Origin: Tetramitus jugosus
Lineage: Eukaryota; Protista; Heterolobosea
Direction of reading: 5' to 3'
DNA: 64,000 nucleotides
Assembly (NCBI GenBank): GCA_937625935.1
Contig: OW569345.1
Coordinates: 626,887-690,886, forward strand
Shown here one piece after another: positions 41,411 through 53,200 of this stretch. Position 1 is the stretch's first letter, and each line of letters opens with the position of its first letter. A program made the translations under genes and the position numbers. The notes below the pieces were generated by a model. The model did no database searches. It worked only from the letters and a program-made list of their open reading frames with translations, and was not told the origin of the DNA.

Positions 41411-41689
41411 TTACTCAATAGCAACGTGATCAAGCAATTGATAACCACCAGTGTGTTGTTGAACAACAGTGACTCTTTGCTTGCTGGTGTTTTGACCGTG
41501 AGAAATCTCAAGATCCAAAATGTACTTGATACCGTTGACAACTTGTGTAGCAGCGTTGAGCACTTGAACGAGTTGCAATGGGTGCATACTGTTGCTTCTT
41601 GCATTCAATTCATTCAGAGCAAATGTAGCAACTTGTTGAAATTCTTCGGAATTTGCGTTGTTTTGTTGAACTTGTCCTCCACAGAGCAT
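41411..41689 (-). CDS. Cystatin (cysteine protease inhibitor), no signal peptide
   Basis: MLCGG start and QVVNG (QxVxG) motif followed by IKYILDLEI. ATG at 41689. Confidence 0.88.
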   Translation of the reverse strand: MLCGGQVQQNNANSEEFQQVATFALNELNARSNSMHPLQLVQVLNAATQVVNGIKYILDLEISHGQNTSKQRVTVVQQHTGGYQLLDHVAIE

Positions 41690-41904
41690 TGTTTGATCTT
41701 TTGTTGTGTTTGTTGTTGGTTGTTGTGTTGTTGCTTGGTTTGAATTCAAGGCTGGTTTGGTGGGAATTTTTGATCGTTATTTATATTCACACAGGAGGGC
41801 TTGTTGGTTGTCTCAGCAAGCGCGAGTTCCAGGGACACCAATACGTGTTGTGCAGGAATTGGAAGAACAGAAAACTTGGCTCTATCTTTCAGCAGTTTTT
41901 CCTC

Positions 41905-42966
41905 CTATCGTCTTCTGTACCGCTTGATAAATCTCTCAAAGTGAGCATTGTCGGAAGCTGTCACATGAGGTCTTTTTCCGTGAGTATTCTTTTGGTTGTT
42001 TGATTTCTGGCTGCTGTCATTATTCACATTGTCTCCATCGGACTCACCCAGATATTGCTTGATTTCTGCTTCCTCAGTTTCGTTTGTATGGTGCGTCTTC
42101 TGTCTAGTGGGAACAATGATCTTCTTGCCCTCGGATGAACTGACTGTTGTATACTGTGATTTCTGGTGAGTTCTCCGAGCGCTCTTGGCTGCTTGCTCGG
42201 TCTGTTGCATGTTTTGAATCTTGTACTGCATTGGTAATTTAACTTCAAGAATGCTTCCTGTCATGAGCTGTTGCTTCTCAGCCATCCTTCTCTCATATTC
42301 TGCCACCTCGGCCGAAACTCCTTGATTCTCATCGTTATTGGCGCCTTCCTCTGCATTGGCACCACTAGATGATGAATCATCGACTGCTGTACTCGAACTA
42401 CTACTTGGCACGGATTCATCCTTGAACAGAGAGCGATTCGATCTATATTGTTCCGGTATATTATACAATTCCTTTATATCGATTGTTGGTATTGATTTCT
42501 TTACATTTTCATTTGTCCGCAACTGATCATTCGCCGTCGATCCTCCACCACTCCGGTCTGATAAATCAGAAACAGATGAAAACAATTTTTCCTTCTCCAT
42601 ACTTGTCATATAACCTCTCTTCTTCATCTCCATTTCAACAAATTCCTCCATTTTCTTCTCAGTTTCAGATTTGGCTCGAGAAGCAAATTTACCATCGAGT
42701 AAAGTTTGTTGCGATGATTGAGTCAATGTACTCGATAAGACGGGTTGTCCAGTTGCTTCACTAATCTGAACTCCCTTCCTCTGACTCATTCTCTGCTTAA
42801 TTTTCGTCAATTCTACAAGTTTTGAAACCATGGATGAGTGATCATGATCGTCTCCACTCTTATTATGCTCATCAGTGTCTTGATCTTGTTGTGGTTGATT
42901 GTCATTTGTACTGTCGGTCGTGGAATGGCGAATATTCTTCGCTCTGATACTTCGCTTCTTAATCAT
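41905..42966 (-). CDS. C9orf78/Tls1 (HCA59) spliceosome-associated protein
   Basis: KKMEEFVEMEMKKR, ELYNIPE, ILEVKLPMQYKIQNMQQTEQA and ASDNAHFERFIKR. Confidence 0.8.
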   Translation of the reverse strand: MIKKRSIRAKNIRHSTTDSTNDNQPQQDQDTDEHNKSGDDHDHSSMVSKLVELTKIKQRMSQRKGVQISEATGQPVLSSTLTQSSQQTLLDGKFASRAKSETEKKMEEFVEMEMKKRGYMTSMEKEKLFSSVSDLSDRSGGGSTANDQLRTNENVKKSIPTIDIKELYNIPEQYRSNRSLFKDESVPSSSSSTAVDDSSSSGANAEEGANNDENQGVSAEVAEYERRMAEKQQLMTGSILEVKLPMQYKIQNMQQTEQAAKSARRTHQKSQYTTVSSSEGKKIIVPTRQKTHHTNETEEAEIKQYLGESDGDNVNNDSSQKSNNQKNTHGKRPHVTASDNAHFERFIKRYRRR

Positions 42967-43193
42967 CGTGTTTTGTTTTCATGCAAACTTCACCAGGTTC
43001 AAATTCGTCTGGAGGAGTTTTGATTAGTCTGAATCGGAGAAAGTAAGATTTTTTTACAATACTCGTATTGTAAAATGAGATTTTTTGCGAGCATCCAACA
43101 CAGCCGCGACAGTGATTGGGATGCAACAGAAAATTTTCTTCATTTTTTCCACACAAAACAAAAAAACTCTATTTTATTATTATTATTGCAAAA

Positions 43194-45713
43194 ATGGGCT
43201 CTCTCTGGAGAAGTGAGGATATGGCATTGGTCCAAATGACCATGCAACGTGAGGCTGCTCATGATACTGTCGAATCATTGGGAGAGTTGGGACTTGTTGA
43301 ATTCAAGGATCTCTCTTCTCATTTGAACGCCTTCCAAAGACAATACGCAGGTCAAGTCAAAAGATGCGAAGAATTGGAAAGAATTTTGAGATTTTTCGAA
43401 GAACAAATCTACAAGTCTGAATACTCAAAGACCATGAAGCTTGTCAAGCCTCGTGGTGATGAGGAAGCAGCTGATGAATCATTGGATGATTTGGAGGCAA
43501 AGTTTAATGACTATGAGCAAGAATTGAGACAATTGCAAAGCAACTTGGAACAAATGATGACTGAGAAGAACAAGAGTGAAGAATTGTTGTACGTTATTAG
43601 ATTGGGTGAACACTATGACTCTGAGTCAAGCTACAGCACTGACTCTAGTGTTGATGCTCAGGCCAATTTGTTGGATGCTGATACCACTCTTAACATGAGA
43701 CAAACTTCTGGATCTTTGAGCAACTTGACTGGTGTCATTGCCAGCGACAAGATTCCTGTTTTCTCCATGTTGGTTTTCCGTGCCACCAGAGGTAACTGTG
43801 TTCCTCGTTTTGCTGAAATTCAACAAGAGTTGTTCGATGCAAGAAGCAAGAAGAATATTAAGAAGTCTGTGTTCACCATCTACTTTGGTGCTAATAGAGC
43901 TCGTGATAAGATTAGAAAGATTTGCGAGTCTTTGAATGCTTCCATGCATGATATCCCTGAAGGTGATGTTAACATGATTACCAGAAATTTGGATCAAAGA
44001 ATTGATGAGATTGATGTGACCATCAACACCACCAAGGATCGTGCCAGAGGTATTTTGGGCGATATCTCTGCTTATTTGATTCAATGGAAGAGAAAGGTTG
44101 CAAAGGAGAAGGCAATCTTCCACACTATGAACTTGTTCGACTACAAGATTCAAAATTCAGTGATTGCTGAGGGTTGGGTTCCAAAGAAGCACTTGGAATT
44201 GGTCAGAATGAAGATGGATGAAGCAATCAGCTCCTCTGGTTCTCAAGTTCACAGTTTATGTGAAGAGTTGCACACTGATGAAGTTCCACCTACTTACTTT
44301 GAAGTCAACAAATTTACTGGTGCATTCCAGGATATCGTTAATGCATACGGTATTCCAAGATATAAGGAAATGAATCCTGGTGTGATGACAATCATCACTT
44401 TCCCATTCTTGTTCGCAGTTATGTTTGGTGACTTTGGTCATGGTATTATCCTCACATTGTTCAGTTTGTCAATGGTGTTGCTCGAGAAGAAGTTGAAGGC
44501 ACCTGCTGAGGCTAGTGAATTGTTCGGTATGATCTATCACGGTAGATATGTTATGACACTCATGGGTCTCTTCTCTATCTATACTGGTTTGTTGTACAAT
44601 GATTGCTTCGGTTTGGGTTTCAATTTGTTTAATTCTCAGATTAACGGATGGGGTGTTGATGAGTGGAATGCTTACTTTGCAAAGACTATTGAGAAGCCAA
44701 GAACTTACGTGTTTGGTGTTGATCCAGCATGGTTCGGTGCAACTAACAAGCTTCAATTCTACAACTCCATGAAGATGAAGATGTCTGTGGTGTATGGTGT
44801 TGGTCAAATGATGCTCGGTATTATTTTCTCTGCATTCAACCACGTCTACTTTGGCGACTACATTGATTTGTTTGTCGAATTTATCCCTGAAGTGCTCATT
44901 TTGATGTGCACTTTCGGTTACATGGATTTCTTGATCATCTACAAGTGGGCTCGTGACTGGAGATACAGAACACCTGGAACTGTTGTTCCTGGTGTCTTGG
45001 CTACCATGACTGACTACTTCTTGCATCCTTGGGGATTGCAAGAAGAACCAATTTTGAACAGCGGCAAGGTTCAATTGATCATTCAATTGGTATGCTTGGG
45101 ATTGGCTGCTGTCTCTGTTCCTGTTTTGTTGATTCCAAAGCCACTGTACGAGTACTTCCACCACAAGAAGACTCACGTTGACCACAAGAAGTATGACAGC
45201 TTTGAGGATGAACATGACCATGAACACGAAGCCATTGATGTTCATGAGTCACACGCTCACGGAAGCGATGAGGAACAAGAGGGTCTCTCTGAACTCTTCA
45301 TCAAGCAATTGATTCACACTATCGAATTCGCTTTGGGAGCTGTTTCTAACACTGCTTCCTATTTGAGATTGTGGGCTTTGTCATTGGCTCACGCTCAGTT
45401 GTCTGAAGTGTTCTGGAGTATGACAATGGAAGTTTTGCTCACTTTGTCGACTGAAGGCTCAACCATGGAGATGGTACACAAGGTCTTCATTAACTCTGGT
45501 ATTGCATTCGTTCCTGTGTTTGCAATCTGGTTCGGTGCTACTGTTGGTGTTTTGCTCGGTATGGAAAGTTTGTCTGCATTCTTGCACGCTCTCCGTCTTC
45601 ATTGGGTCGAATTCCAGAACAAGTTCTACAAGGGAGATGGTCATCTCTTTGCACCACTCAGCTATGCTGAAGTCTTGGCGGCTGCATCAAAGAAGCCAGA
45701 GATTGAAGAGTAA
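43194..45713 (+). CDS. VPH1: V-type H+-ATPase V0 subunit a
   Basis: MGSLWRSEDM, PPTYF..NKFT, FPFLFAVMFGDFGHG, SNTASYLRLWALSLAHAQLS and LHALRLHWVEFQNKFY. Confidence 0.97.
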   Translation: MGSLWRSEDMALVQMTMQREAAHDTVESLGELGLVEFKDLSSHLNAFQRQYAGQVKRCEELERILRFFEEQIYKSEYSKTMKLVKPRGDEEAADESLDDLEAKFNDYEQELRQLQSNLEQMMTEKNKSEELLYVIRLGEHYDSESSYSTDSSVDAQANLLDADTTLNMRQTSGSLSNLTGVIASDKIPVFSMLVFRATRGNCVPRFAEIQQELFDARSKKNIKKSVFTIYFGANRARDKIRKICESLNASMHDIPEGDVNMITRNLDQRIDEIDVTINTTKDRARGILGDISAYLIQWKRKVAKEKAIFHTMNLFDYKIQNSVIAEGWVPKKHLELVRMKMDEAISSSGSQVHSLCEELHTDEVPPTYFEVNKFTGAFQDIVNAYGIPRYKEMNPGVMTIITFPFLFAVMFGDFGHGIILTLFSLSMVLLEKKLKAPAEASELFGMIYHGRYVMTLMGLFSIYTGLLYNDCFGLGFNLFNSQINGWGVDEWNAYFAKTIEKPRTYVFGVDPAWFGATNKLQFYNSMKMKMSVVYGVGQMMLGIIFSAFNHVYFGDYIDLFVEFIPEVLILMCTFGYMDFLIIYKWARDWRYRTPGTVVPGVLATMTDYFLHPWGLQEEPILNSGKVQLIIQLVCLGLAAVSVPVLLIPKPLYEYFHHKKTHVDHKKYDSFEDEHDHEHEAIDVHESHAHGSDEEQEGLSELFIKQLIHTIEFALGAVSNTASYLRLWALSLAHAQLSEVFWSMTMEVLLTLSTEGSTMEMVHKVFINSGIAFVPVFAIWFGATVGVLLGMESLSAFLHALRLHWVEFQNKFYKGDGHLFAPLSYAEVLAAASKKPEIEE

Positions 45714-46023
45714 GAACTCGTCGATATCAAATAAATATTTTGTATTCAATCCATCAACTATGAGAAGTTTCACACACTCTTTACATGTTCATGCGTTGCA
45801 GTTCCCAATGCCGGCAACTCCTCAAGATATCTCGGTGCAGAAATGTCAAACCCTGGGGGTGAAGGGGAATTTCTATGTTAGAAGCAATCCACCCTGACAG
45901 CGGAAGCTTTCACAATTTATTTGGACTGTACTGATTTTGACTGCTGCTTGATTTCTTGCTTCACAAAACAAATCAAAACACTTCTCTGTAACAACAACAC
46001 AAACAAGGTAGTTAATACTTACG

Positions 46024-47562
46024 ATGCATATTCAATTCAATAGCCACCCAACACACCAAGCCCACCATACCATCCAAAATGGAGAGTACTTTATCAAGAA
46101 CAAGTCCACTGGCTTAGCTCTCGATGCCAACACTGGTGCCTATCAACAGCACTCCCCTGCTCATCCTCGTGCCTTCATGTACAGCCACAACCCATCTGCC
46201 CCTAACCACAAGTGGGTTCTGGAGAGACAATCCAACGGTGCCTTCATTCTCAAGACTCGTTATCACTCTGGTCGAGAAATGGCTCTCGACGGTAACACCA
46301 ATGTTCCTCAATCAGGTCAGCACCCAGCTCCGTTCCTGTACACTGCCACACCTCATGCACCAAACCATCAATGGTGGTTGAAGCCTACTGGTGATGGCAT
46401 CTCGTATCTCATTGTCAATGCTGCCAACGGATTGGCCCTCGACGGCAACACATCTGGCAACCAACAGCACAGCTTCCAACATGCTTCTCCATTCTTGTAT
46501 GCTGAGACTCCACACGCTCCAAACCATCACTGGATTATTGAGAGAGTGCCTGCACCTGCACTGGCCGAAGGAAAGTACCTCATTGTGAACAAGCAAACTC
46601 AACAGGCTTTGGACTTTAATCATGGAGCTGCCATGCAATTGTCCCATGCTCACCCTAGAGTGTTCACCTATGCACCTACTCCATCTGCACCTAATCATCA
46701 ATGGACAGTGAGAAACACTGGTGTACCAGGTGAGTACTTTTTAACGACTGACAATGGAATGGCACTCGATGGTAACGCCAACGTACCAAACGTGTCACCA
46801 AGTCATCCAATGCCTTTCCTCTACCCATTGACTCCAAGTGCTCCAAATCACAAGTGGAGAATCCAACCAGTGCCACACCAATTCAACACATTCTTCATTG
46901 TCAATGTTGCCAACAATATGGCGTTGGACGGAAATGTAGGTGGTGCTCCTCAGCACATTCACAGCCACCCATCTCCATTCATGTGGGCCAAGACTGACCA
47001 CGCTCCAAACCATCACTGGGAGTTTAGATTTGCAGGATCTGTTGCACCATCAACCAATAACACTATTGGTTCATTGATTGGTGGTTTGATTGATGTGAGT
47101 GCACAATGGATTGGTCAACAACAAGCACCTTATCCAACTCAACCAATTCAACCTGTTGTTCACCATCATCAACCACCACATCACCACCAACCTCACCACC
47201 ACCACCAACCACATATTCATCATCAACCACATATTCATCACCAACCACATCATCCACAACCAGTGATTGTCAGTGGCGGTGTTGCCATGGATGAAGGTGC
47301 ATTCAATGGTTTGTTGAATTCTATCAAGAAGGGTTCCTTCGAATCTGATAGAACTAGCATCATTAGCTCTGCTGCAGCTTACAACCACTTCTCATGCAAC
47401 CAATTGGTGAGAATCATTCAAGTATTGAGCTTTGCTGGTGAGAGAGAAAATGCTTGCAGACTCATTATTCCAAGAATTGTTGACAAGCACAACTCCCATG
47501 TTGTTTTGTCTGGCTTGACCTTCAGCAGTGAGAAGGAGAAGGTGAGCGCAATGTTCCGTTAA
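46024..47562 (+). CDS. Two ricin-B-like beta-trefoils (six repeats), His/Pro/Gln linker and DUF4476-like C-terminal domain
   Basis: Six ~50-aa repeats ALD[GAF]N...APNH[KQH]W. C-terminal MDEGAFNGLLNSIKKGSFESDR..FSCNQL..LSF..IVDKHN..FSSEKEKV. Confidence 0.75.
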   Translation: MHIQFNSHPTHQAHHTIQNGEYFIKNKSTGLALDANTGAYQQHSPAHPRAFMYSHNPSAPNHKWVLERQSNGAFILKTRYHSGREMALDGNTNVPQSGQHPAPFLYTATPHAPNHQWWLKPTGDGISYLIVNAANGLALDGNTSGNQQHSFQHASPFLYAETPHAPNHHWIIERVPAPALAEGKYLIVNKQTQQALDFNHGAAMQLSHAHPRVFTYAPTPSAPNHQWTVRNTGVPGEYFLTTDNGMALDGNANVPNVSPSHPMPFLYPLTPSAPNHKWRIQPVPHQFNTFFIVNVANNMALDGNVGGAPQHIHSHPSPFMWAKTDHAPNHHWEFRFAGSVAPSTNNTIGSLIGGLIDVSAQWIGQQQAPYPTQPIQPVVHHHQPPHHHQPHHHHQPHIHHQPHIHHQPHHPQPVIVSGGVAMDEGAFNGLLNSIKKGSFESDRTSIISSAAAYNHFSCNQLVRIIQVLSFAGERENACRLIIPRIVDKHNSHVVLSGLTFSSEKEKVSAMFR

Positions 47563-47591
47563 ATTCTCAATGGCCCATTGATAAATCAATT

Positions 47592-50118
47592 TTATTTTAA
47601 ACTATTCTTACAGTCCACTTTCTTAGTTCGTTGAGAACCACCAATTGAATGCCGCCTCGAAGAAGAGTGAGTCGCATTAGAACTCATAGTGTGAGTAGCG
47701 GTTGCGGATGATGGTCTTTGGGAGAACAAAGCGCAACTCGGTTTCTTCTTCCGCAACTTCTTCGGACGATTGGAAGACCTTGCCATTTGTTGGAGGGCTA
47801 AGTCGATATCATGAACTTCTTTGGTTACTTTGTTCATAACTCTGAGTTGTTGCACTGGCTGAAGAACTGTACTGGAAGGAGTGTCTGAAACTCTGCCAGC
47901 TTCTCGTTTCTTCCGAGTTAGCATGCTACCTTCCAATGCTCCTTGTATTAATGTAGCTTGTGGTTGGTGGTCATAATTCTCCTTGTCTTGTTCGTACGCA
48001 ATTCGTTGTTTCTCGTACCGTTCTTGCAGTTCTTTGTACTCTTTCAATTGCTTGGCTAGAATATGTCCATAATGGTCTGCACTACCGACATTGGTTGTTG
48101 GTGGAGAGGATACGATAGATGAAGGAGCACTACTGGTGGCTTGAGAGATCTGATCATTTGGTGTTTCCACTTGGTTGATTCTGTATTCTAATTGCTCTGT
48201 GATAGATTGACTATCCTCGGGAGGTAGATTAACATCTGTTTCTCTGTTCTCCTTCTTCTTTTTTAACTTAAGTAGATAGTTTTGTAGTTCATTTTGTCGA
48301 ACTGATTGTCGATAATATTTTTCCTTGACTGACCTATACTTTCTTGAAAGATGGTTCATTCCTTCTTTTGATTTCTCTAGTTCGATCCAAAACTTTTTCT
48401 CAACTTCTGATATTGAATCTTGAGAATTCTTAGTCTTAGCTGTCAGTACATCTACTTCGTATCGAAGTGAGTTTCGTTCTTCAGCTATCTTTTTGAATGC
48501 TTCATCTAGAGTCTTGTTCGTTTCATTGGCAATTTGAAGCTTATGTGTTAATTCAGTTATGTTCTGTTGTAGAGAATTTACTAGCTCATTACATTCTGAA
48601 CCTTTCATAGAAACATGGCTTTCTGCGAGTTGTTTTTTAAGATTATCGTTCTGAACTTTCATTTGAACCGAGAGCTTCTTCACTTCGAATTCCAACTTTT
48701 CTCGGAGAGTGTTATTCTCTCGGGTTTTTTGTTCGATAGAAGATAGAAGTTGAGCTACTTCTCCAGATAGTTGGGATTCCCTGTTCTTCTTGTTCTCATA
48801 TTTTTTAGTAGTCTCGGCGAGTGATAGTTTGAGAGCAGTTACGAGTTCTGTCATACTTTGAAGGGAGATAATGAGATCCTTCTTCTCCTTTTCGTGTTGG
48901 GTTACTAGTTTTTCTTTCTGGTCCTCACTGTCCCTTAACCGAAGAGTAAAACTCTTCATTTGTTGATCAAATGACGATTTGTAATCATTCTCTGTCACAG
49001 AGGAGCTCGATATTTGGGCTTGTAGTTGAGATATCACTCTTTTGAATTCTTCTCTTTCAAACTGTCTCGACATGTGGTCAGATCTCAGTTGTTCTTCGAG
49101 TTCCCTGACTACTGTCTCGAGTTCCCTCTTCAAACCAACATACACCGATTCATTATCATGAATTTGTTTTGTGAGAGAAGTAATCTGATTCTTGTATTCT
49201 TGAACCGTCGTTTGATTGTCTACATCTACTGTACCCATTTGTTCTTTCATCTTCTGGTTGTTTACTTTCTCTTGTTGAATAACTCGTTTCATTTCAGCAT
49301 TATTCTTTTCCAAATTGTTGCATTCCTCTTTTGTGTGTTCAAATATTATCGTCAGATCGCTTCTCAATTCCTCAAGAGTTTTAAAGTAGGAAGTGCCAAG
49401 AATTTCAGATGGACTCTGATTCTGAGCTACTTGTCGAAGAGACGAGACTAGCTCATCAAGATCAGTCGTTTTCAATAGACACACAAGGGATCGAAGTTCG
49501 TTTTCCATCAAATACACTGCTCTTGTGTTGTCTTTGGACAACTAAACGAGTGTCAGTAATCAATAAAATTTGTAAAAGAAGATAGTTTCAATTACAAACC
49601 TGTGATTTTAACTTGCATTCCCTGTCGTTAAATTCGTGAATTAATCGATCAATCTGTGTGCTGTGCTTTTTTTGCATGGCCTTGTAAGCATTGCTCCATG
49701 AAACAACTTCTTCCTTCAGACCTTCAATCGTAGCTCGAAGTTGAATCGCTTCACCACTGTACCAACTCGTAAGTAGGTTTCTTTGAATTAACAACTGCAA
49801 AAAACAAGAAGAGATACATACGTGGGAGATATCGTTATATCGAAATGATTCGTATTGTTACTGGATAAGATCGAGGAGTGAGTATCACTCTGAGTCATAC
49901 CGTAAAGTTGTGTGAGTCAACTTTTTCTTTTAACAAAATGAATTGATATCAGATCTTATACTCACATTGTCATTCAGGAAAGAGTGGCTAGTGTGACCAC
50001 TGGAATTCGTCTCTGCGGACACAGTGTCAGGTTTGGTCGGAAGATTTGAACTATTGGAAGATCCCCTCGTGATGTTGGTGGTGATATTTCCTCTAACAGT
50101 TTGATTTCTTCCTTCCAT
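47592..50118 (-). CDS. Long coiled-coil protein, probably 4 exons
   Basis: ATG at 50118. GT-AG introns at 49890-49965, 49821 to about 49760 (acceptor uncertain) and 49542-49599 join the track ORFs to the 649-aa heptad-rich ORF. Confidence 0.6.
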
Positions 50119-50244
50119 TGTTGTTGTGGAGTTAATTTTCTTCTCTTGACGAACAACAATATATCGTAGATTGGCGCGAATATTCTGGCGGGAAAGCTCT
50201 TGACTTTGTTCAAAACCTAAATGGTGAGAAAATAGAACCGATCT

Positions 50245-53200
50245 TTATTGTTCGTTACTTTGAACCACCTTCATTTCAATTCTTGTATCATTATTCATTT
50301 CATCATGCGCAGTTTTGGCCTTGCTCTTGGCCAATGTTGGACGTCCACATAGCATGAATGCCAGGAATGCACCAACCAACATGAGAAGCAACAAGACAAT
50401 GGCAAGTGGAATTCCAAGACCTAGACCCACACCGAGGCCAATGGCAGTGGCACGAGAATTGGTCTTTACAGAGTTGGGAGAATCTGGCGAAGGAGGTAAA
50501 GAGATTAACTTGTCATATGTGACCATGACAAATGATGGTTCATCTCTGGTTGAAACTGTACAGGAACAGGTCACATTGTGAGAAGATGCTCGGACAAGGA
50601 CACATACATTGTCATCTTGCATCCACATTCTACTCACATTGTCAAAGTATGTACAACGAGGTTCAAATTGTTCCTGTTCTTGTAACATGGTTCTTCTGAC
50701 AACAGGTATTGAAGCCGGGATGGTAATCCTCACATTATTGATATGAGCTTTCTCAAGTGTGGTGTAAAGTTGAGCAGAAACAGCAACTGCAGAAACAATT
50801 GTTGAGTTGATAGACTCTTGATAAGAGGAAAGAATGGAGGGAATGTGAGCTGTGGAGAGGATCTTGGAGAGCACAAATATATCTTCATCGTTCTTCTTCC
50901 ATTGGTCAAGAGATACCGTATCAGAGGAGGATATACCTATTTGATCATTGCCTTGCATTGGAATGGAAGCCAAGAATTTGGTTTGAATCAACAAATCACT
51001 TGAGAACATTGAAGAGAACAATCTAACATCATTGAATCCTCCATAAATCTCATTGGAGTTCAATTCTAAGCCATGAGCAACAAGGGTTTGAATTTCATCC
51101 AATAGCGAAACAGAGATAGAAGCAGGATTGGTGAAGACTAATTGATTGAGCATCTGAACAACATTCTGAACAATGTTGCTAAACTTGATCTGACGAGGTG
51201 GAGAGGATGACATGGCATTGATCATCATTTTCTTACATTCAGCAACTGTTATTTGTGTCATTGACATGAGAGATGCGATGGTCTCTTGTGTCAACATGTT
51301 GACCTCATTCTGTGATGGTGTATACTTCAATGAATTTGAACTCAATTGCTCAAATAATGATAGATCAACTCCTTGTTCCTTTACAATATCTCTAAAGAGT
51401 GATTCTGTGACTGTTACCATTCTTTCAATCATTGCACTTTGGTTATTCGAAGAAGAAGACACTCTTCTTAATTTTGGTTGATCGTTTCTCAAGACATGAA
51501 CGACAATGTCACTCAGAATCATCCAATTTCTGAGTCCATGATATCCATGATTATTGACCAGATCGAATTCATTCACTACATCAGACACTCTGTCGATGAG
51601 CAACGCATCTGGTTTAGAAACTGTGATCCTTTCTACTGTTTGTGATTGAGCACCAAATCTGTCTCTCACAGTTAAGATAAGTGAAAAGTTTCCTGCAGGT
51701 AATTTCGTTTTGAGAGAAGGTTCAACACTTGCACTAAAATGGAACAATGAGTCATTGAACTCATCGGAATTCAAAGTCCATTGATATGTAAGTGGTTCAT
51801 CTGAATCAATCCATCCAGTTGCCAAAAATTCAAACTCAGTGTCCAAAGCAACTCCGCTCTTGGGTTCCACTTTAATTATTCCCGAATGTGGTGCGGTGTT
51901 AACACTGAATCTAGTGATGGAAGAACCAGTTCTATTCTGTGAATCTGTGCATCTGACTTCTAGAGCATATGTTTCACCTGGAATCAGACCAGAGGAATAG
52001 AGAGACAAACTGTTCTTCATCATGTTTCTCACCATGCTTGTACTAATGATCGAATCATTGAGCAACCAGTGACAAGTGTATGATGTCTGTGCTTGAGTTC
52101 GAATTGTGAATGAAATTGTAGGTGAGGCTTCTTTGGAGATGTAGAACCCTGGTGTTGAGGTGAATGCTACAAGTGGGATAAGGGAACTAGTTGCCTGAAC
52201 AATGATACAATCACTATCAGATCTTGATGCAACATTGAATGCGACACAGAAGTTGTACGAGTTAGATTCAGTCATTGCCCTTGGAGGAATTGTCACAATA
52301 GCACTATTGACAGAATTTAGAGCATTAAGTATAGAAGGAGGGCATTGACTACCAATGGAGCTCATACTACACTCCCATGAATAAACTGGTCGAATAGAGA
52401 GTCTCTCCGGATCAAAACATGAAGCTTTGAGGAGCATTGGAGAGTCAAATGCTACACTTCGATCACCACCCTCAATTGAAGCAACCAAATCTCTCATCAT
52501 TACCTGAACAACCACAGTTTGAGTGAGGACTAAGGTACTCTGCGATGTTGTCACTTTAAACTCAAATTCATAACTTCCAACTGATTGGAATGCGTTTGGT
52601 TCGAAAATCAAATCAGGCCCAGACACTCTTCCCTTAGCAGACAGACCAGATAATTGATTCCATGAATATTCCAAAGTTGATCTTTTGTCAACTGGTAAAC
52701 AAGAGTCAAATTGAGCATATCCATTCAAAGCAAAGCTTTGAGCGATAAAAGTCTTTTGCGCAGATGGTCCCCCAATATTAATGAACAAGTCAGTCAAAAT
52801 GTCATGGGATCTTTGTCGTCCAAAAGTAATTGGTTGTGATGGAACACCACTTTGAGTTGTTACAATTAATTGGAATTGAATGATCTGTCCTCTTTCCATC
52901 ATTCTTGCTGGAATAGTTGCTATAGACACTGTTTGGTTAGCTAAAATCATATTGATCTGAGTTGTGTTGGGACCCACAGCTTTCCAGCTGTACAACAATG
53001 GTTCATTTCCATTGTGTGAGTATGAAAGAGATCCATTCAGAACCAAATCGCTACAATAGGTAAAACTCTGATTGACGGGCATGATAGCCACAGGTCTCAA
53101 ATGTTCGCATTGGACACCAAAATAATCAGTTTCACAAGCACATGAATCTGGTGCTCTGCATTCTCCATTTCCAGAGCATGTGGATGAATTATCTGCAGGG

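Noticed and set aside
41905-42966. Functional link between Tls1 ('telomere length and silencing') and its telomere-proximal position
   Set aside because: Tls1/C9orf78 acts through splicing. Its position 20 kb from the end among housekeeping genes is unremarkable.
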